Origin: Callorhinchus milii
Taxonomy: Eukaryota
NCBI RefSeq assembly: GCF_018977255.1
Contig: NW_024705487.1
Location: 1-40,437, forward strand
Direction: 5' to 3'
Length of the DNA: 40,437 nucleotides
This document shows positions 36,187 to 40,437 of this stretch, piece by piece. Numbering within the stretch: the first letter of the stretch is position 1; every line of letters starts with the position of its first letter. The position numbers were made by a program, and so were the translations under genes. A model generated the notes under the pieces. The model was not told the origin of the DNA and searched no databases. It saw only the letters and a program-made list of their open reading frames with translations.

Positions 36187-36377
36187 GGATGGTGATGACG
36201 ACGACGATGGTGGTGGTGACGACGGTGGTGGTGGTGGTGGTGTTGAGTGCCACGGCGGTGGCGATGGTGGTGAGTGCCGTGACAGTGGTGGCGATGGTGT
36301 GACGATGGTGGTGACGGTGGTGGTGACGATGGTGGTGGTGGCGGTGGTGGTGACGATGGTGGTGGTGGTGATGCCAG

Positions 36378-36447
36378 ATTGAGGGAGGCCTCTGACAGCT
36401 CCATGCCCACAATGCCGGAGCCGACGCGGCAAACGGCAACACCAGAG
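36378..36447 (+). CDS. Possible small exon (LREASDSSMPTMPEPTRQTATPE)
   Basis: Unique island; gccag| acceptor and GAG|GTACAC donor. Confidence 0.3.
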
Positions 36448-36451
36448 GTAC

Positions 36452-38484
36452 ACGCACACACACCACTTAGACACTTACACACACTTACACACACACTTAC
36501 ACACACACTTACACACACTTACACACACACACACACTTACACACACACTTACACACACACACATAGATATACACACACACTTACACACACACTTACACAC
36601 ACACTTACACACACTTACACACACACACACACTTACACACACACTCACACACACACACTTACATACACACACACTTACACACTTACACACACTTACACAC
36701 TCACACTTACACACTTACACACACACTCACACACTCACACACACTTACACACACACATAGACACTTACACACTCACACACACACTTACACACTCACACAC
36801 TCACACACACACTCACACTTACATACACACACTCTCACACACTTACACACTTACACACTCACACACACACACACTTACACACTTACATACACACACACAT
36901 ACATACACACACTTACACACACACTTACACACACTCACACACACTTACACACACACTCACACACTTACACACACTCACACACACACATACACACATACTC
37001 ACACACACACACTTACATACTCACACACTTACACACTTACACTTACACACTTACACACACATACACTTACACACACTTTCACACACACTTACACATACAC
37101 ACTTACACACACACACGCACACTTACATACACTTACACACTTACAACACACACACATACGTACACACTTACACACATTTACACTCACTTACACACACACT
37201 TACACACTTACACACCCACACACACAATCACTTACACTCACTTACACACACTTACACACACTCACACACCCACTTACACACACCCACACTTACACACACA
37301 CACACACTTACACACACACACACACACTTACACACACTTACACACACACTTACACACACACACTTACACACACACACACACACTCACACACTTACACACA
37401 CTCACACACTTACACACACACTCACACACTTACACACACTCACACACACACACATACACACACTTACACACACACACACTTACATACTCACACACTTACA
37501 CACTTACACTACACACTTACACACACATACACACTTACACACACACACTTACACAACTTACACTTACACACACTTACACACACACACTTACACACTTACA
37601 TACACTTACACTTACACACACTTACATACACACACTTACACACACTTCTTCACATACTTACACACACCCACACTTACACACACTTACACATACACACTTA
37701 CACACTTACACTTACAACTTACACACACATACACACCACACACTTACACACTCTTACACACACACACTTACACACACACACTTTTACACACACACACACA
37801 CTTACACACACACACACTCATACACACACACACACACTCTTACAACACACACTTACATACACACACTTACACACACTTACACACTTACACACACTTACAC
37901 ACACAACTTACACACACTTACACACACACACTTACACACACTTACACACACTTACACACACACACTTACACACACACACACTTACACACACACTTACACA
38001 CACACACACTTACACACACACTTACACACACACACGTAACACACACACACTTACACACACACTTACACACACTTATACTTACACACACACACTTCACACA
38101 TACACACTTACACACACTTACACACACTTACACACACTTACACACACTTACACACACTTACACACACACACTTACACACACTTACACACACTTACACACT
38201 TACACATACACACTTACACACACACCCTTACACACACACTTACACACACACACTTACACACACACACTTACACACACTTACACACTTACACACACATACA
38301 CACACACACGTACACACACTTACACACACACACACTTACACATACTTACACATACTTACACACTCTTACACACACTTACACACTTACACACACTCACACA
38401 CACACTTACACACACACACACTTACACACACTTACACACACTTACATACTTACACACTTACACATTCTTACACACTTACACATT
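36452..38484. repeat. ~2-kb (CA)n / (CTTACACA)n tract
   Basis: Direct reading. Confidence 0.97.
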
Positions 38485-38581
38485 CTTTGGTTCTTTCGGT
38501 AAAGTCACATAGATATAAAAAGTTTATGAATTTCTGCAGTCACCAAAGTTTTTATGTAAAAATTTACACGAAAAAAAAGAC

Positions 38582-38764
38582 AAAGATCCCCCGTATAGCC
38601 TTAACAGACTGTAGGGGCAGGTGCTGTTAGCGAGCACCTATGAAGGACGGCACGGCACACGAGGGGTGGGTGGCCAGCACCACGCCCGACCGCCTTTGTC
38701 TCCCCAGTGGCGATGTTGACACACCGCACCAGGTACTCATTTGAGGCTGAGTCGACCTAGGGGA
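38582..38764 (-). mobile_element. Headless copy of the Nin-type SINE at 29102-29395
   Basis: Near-identical to 29102-29284. Confidence 0.88.
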
Positions 38765-38910
38765 GTGAGTGTCACTGTGGGTGAATGTCACTGTGGGTGG
38801 GTGTCACTGTGTCACTGTGGTGGGTGTCACTGTGTCACTGTGGGTGGGTGTCACTGTGTCACTGTGGGTGGGTGTCACTGTGTCACTGTGGGTGGGTGTC
38901 ACTGTGTCAC
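38765..38910. repeat. 24-bp minisatellite (GTGGGTGGGTGTCACTGTGTCACT)n
   Basis: Direct reading. Confidence 0.9.
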
Positions 38911-38924
38911 GTGGTTGCCCACAG

Positions 38925-38967
38925 CTCCGTCTCTGGCAGCAGTAAGAGGATGAAGACACAGAACACG
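38925..38967 (+). CDS. Probable 43-nt exon (SVSGSSKRMKTQNT) of an unidentified gene
   Basis: Good acceptor gcccacag| and consensus donor ACG|GTGAGT around a unique island. Confidence 0.5.
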
Positions 38968-38989
38968 GTGAGTCTGCAGCGTGCACACA

Positions 38990-39855
38990 GCTGTGTGTGT
39001 GTGTGACTGTGTGTGTGTGTGTGACCCTGTGTGTGTGTCACCCTGTGTGTGTGTGACTGGTGTGTGTGTGTGACTGTGTGTGTCACCCTGTGTGTATGTC
39101 ACCCTGTGTGTGTGTTGTGACTGTGTGTGTGACTGTGTGTGTCACCCTGTGTGTGTGGTGTGACTGTGTGTGTGTCACCCTGTGTGTGTGTGTGACTGTG
39201 TGTGTGAGCCTGTGTGTGTGACTATGTGTGTGAGACTGTTGTGTGTGTGACTGTGTGTGTGTGACTGTGTGTGTGTGTGTGACTGTGTGTGTGTGACCCT
39301 GTGTGTGTGTGAGCCTGCAGCGTGCCCACAGGTGTACGGGTGTGTGTGACCCTGCGTGTGTGAGCCTGTGTGTGTGTGTGACTGTGTGTGTGTGGGTGTC
39401 TGTGTGGGTGTGACTGTGTGGGTGTGACTGTGTGTGAGTGTGACTGTGTGTGTGTGTGACTGTGTGTGTGTGACTGGGTGTGTGGGTGTCTGTGTGGGTG
39501 GGTGCCTGTGTGTATGTGGGGTGTCTGTGTGGGTGGGTGTCTGTGTGTGTGACTGTGTGGGTGTGTATGACCCTGCGTGTGTGACCCTGTGTGTGTGTGA
39601 CTGTGGGTGTGGGTGTGTGTGGGTGGGTGTCTGTGTGTGACTGTGCGGGTGTTTATGACCCTGGGTGTGTATGACCCTGCGTGTGTGAGCCTGTGTGTGT
39701 GTGACTGTGTGGGTGTGTGAGTGTGTGGGTGTCTGTGTGTGTGTGACTGTGGGGTGTGTGAGTGTGGGTGGTGTCTGTGTGTGTGTGACTGTGTAGGTGT
39801 GTGTGTCTGTGTGGGTGGGTGTCTGTGTGTGTGTGACTGTGTGGGTGGGTGTGTC
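38990..39855. repeat. Degenerate (GT)n tract
   Basis: Direct reading. Confidence 0.95.
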
Positions 39856-40437
39856 TGAGTCGGAGCCTTTCCCTGTACACCTTAGGGTGCGACAGGGATG
39901 TCCTCTGGCTCCCACATTATTTAACATCTATTTTGACCGCGTAGTTCGTGAAGCCTTCAATAGCTGTACGGGGGAATTTCCATTTGTACAGATATAATGG
40001 GAGGCTGATCGATGCCCGGGTGCGATCAAGGGATGGCTCCCTATTGGTCAACCACGTTATGTATGCCGATGATTTGGTAATAGCTGCTCATTCAGAAGAG
40101 GAGTTTGGAGACGCTGCTGCTGAGACTGGAGCGTGCCACTAAGAGGTGGGCCTTACCATCAGCCCCACAAAAACGAAGCACCTGCCTGGGTATTTTGTAC
40201 CATCAGGGACACTCCACCCGCACAACTCCCAATTGGTGATGGGGCAGTCGTGGAGAGAGTGGAGAGCTTCCATACCTGGGCAGTGTGCTTATGACCGGCT
40301 CCAGTTTAACAGCAGAGGTCTCACTCCGAATCAGTCGAGCGGCAATATCTTTTCATCGGTTGCGTAACGCTGTGTGGAAGCTACCTGGTCTGTCGCTCCG
40401 CACGAAGCTCAGGTCTTCTCGGCCACGGTCATTCCCT
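39856..40437 (+). mobile_element. RTE-clade LINE reverse transcriptase fragment, frameshifted, runs off the window
   Basis: SEPFPVHLRVRQGCPLAPTLFNIYFD, MYADDLVIAAHS, GLTISPTKTK, then YLG and RLRNAVW..LSLRTKL motifs across frames. Confidence 0.92.

Noticed and set aside
33231..38502. 1095-aa and 707-aa ORFs
   Set aside because: Translations of (CCA)n and (CA)n repeats that lack stop codons by composition.

Overview
Eukaryotic (animal) genomic DNA, not prokaryotic. GC3-rich exons buried in long GGT/CAC/CA/GAGT microsatellite tracts resemble a lamprey-type genome; the taxon is an inference. Layout: (1) 1-2780, a perfect 28-bp satellite (~99 copies, no spacers, not CRISPR) followed by a 30-N gap; (2) 2811-~12130, a ~9.3-kb block that looks random (no repeats, no recognisable ORF) and may be foreign or artificial; (3) 12131-40437, a repeat-rich mosaic of gene fragments and transposon relics. 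Part 3 holds an unidentified gene whose exon is tandemly duplicated and split by (CAC)n expansions, isolated exons of a DMXL1/2 (rabconnectin-3 alpha) gene with missing and truncated exons, and a divergent, intron-split IRS-family PH-PTB gene. It also holds RTE and Tx1/L1 LINE fragments, a hAT transposase fragment, Nin-domain tRNA-SINEs, a tandem array of tRNA-like SINE heads and many minisatellites. Almost all long ORFs in the track are translations of simple repeats. I see no evidence for a complete novel system. The best leads are the split IRS-like gene, the repeat-invaded exons and amplified splice sites, and the Pol III-head array. Protein identifications are from recalled family sequences, not database searches.
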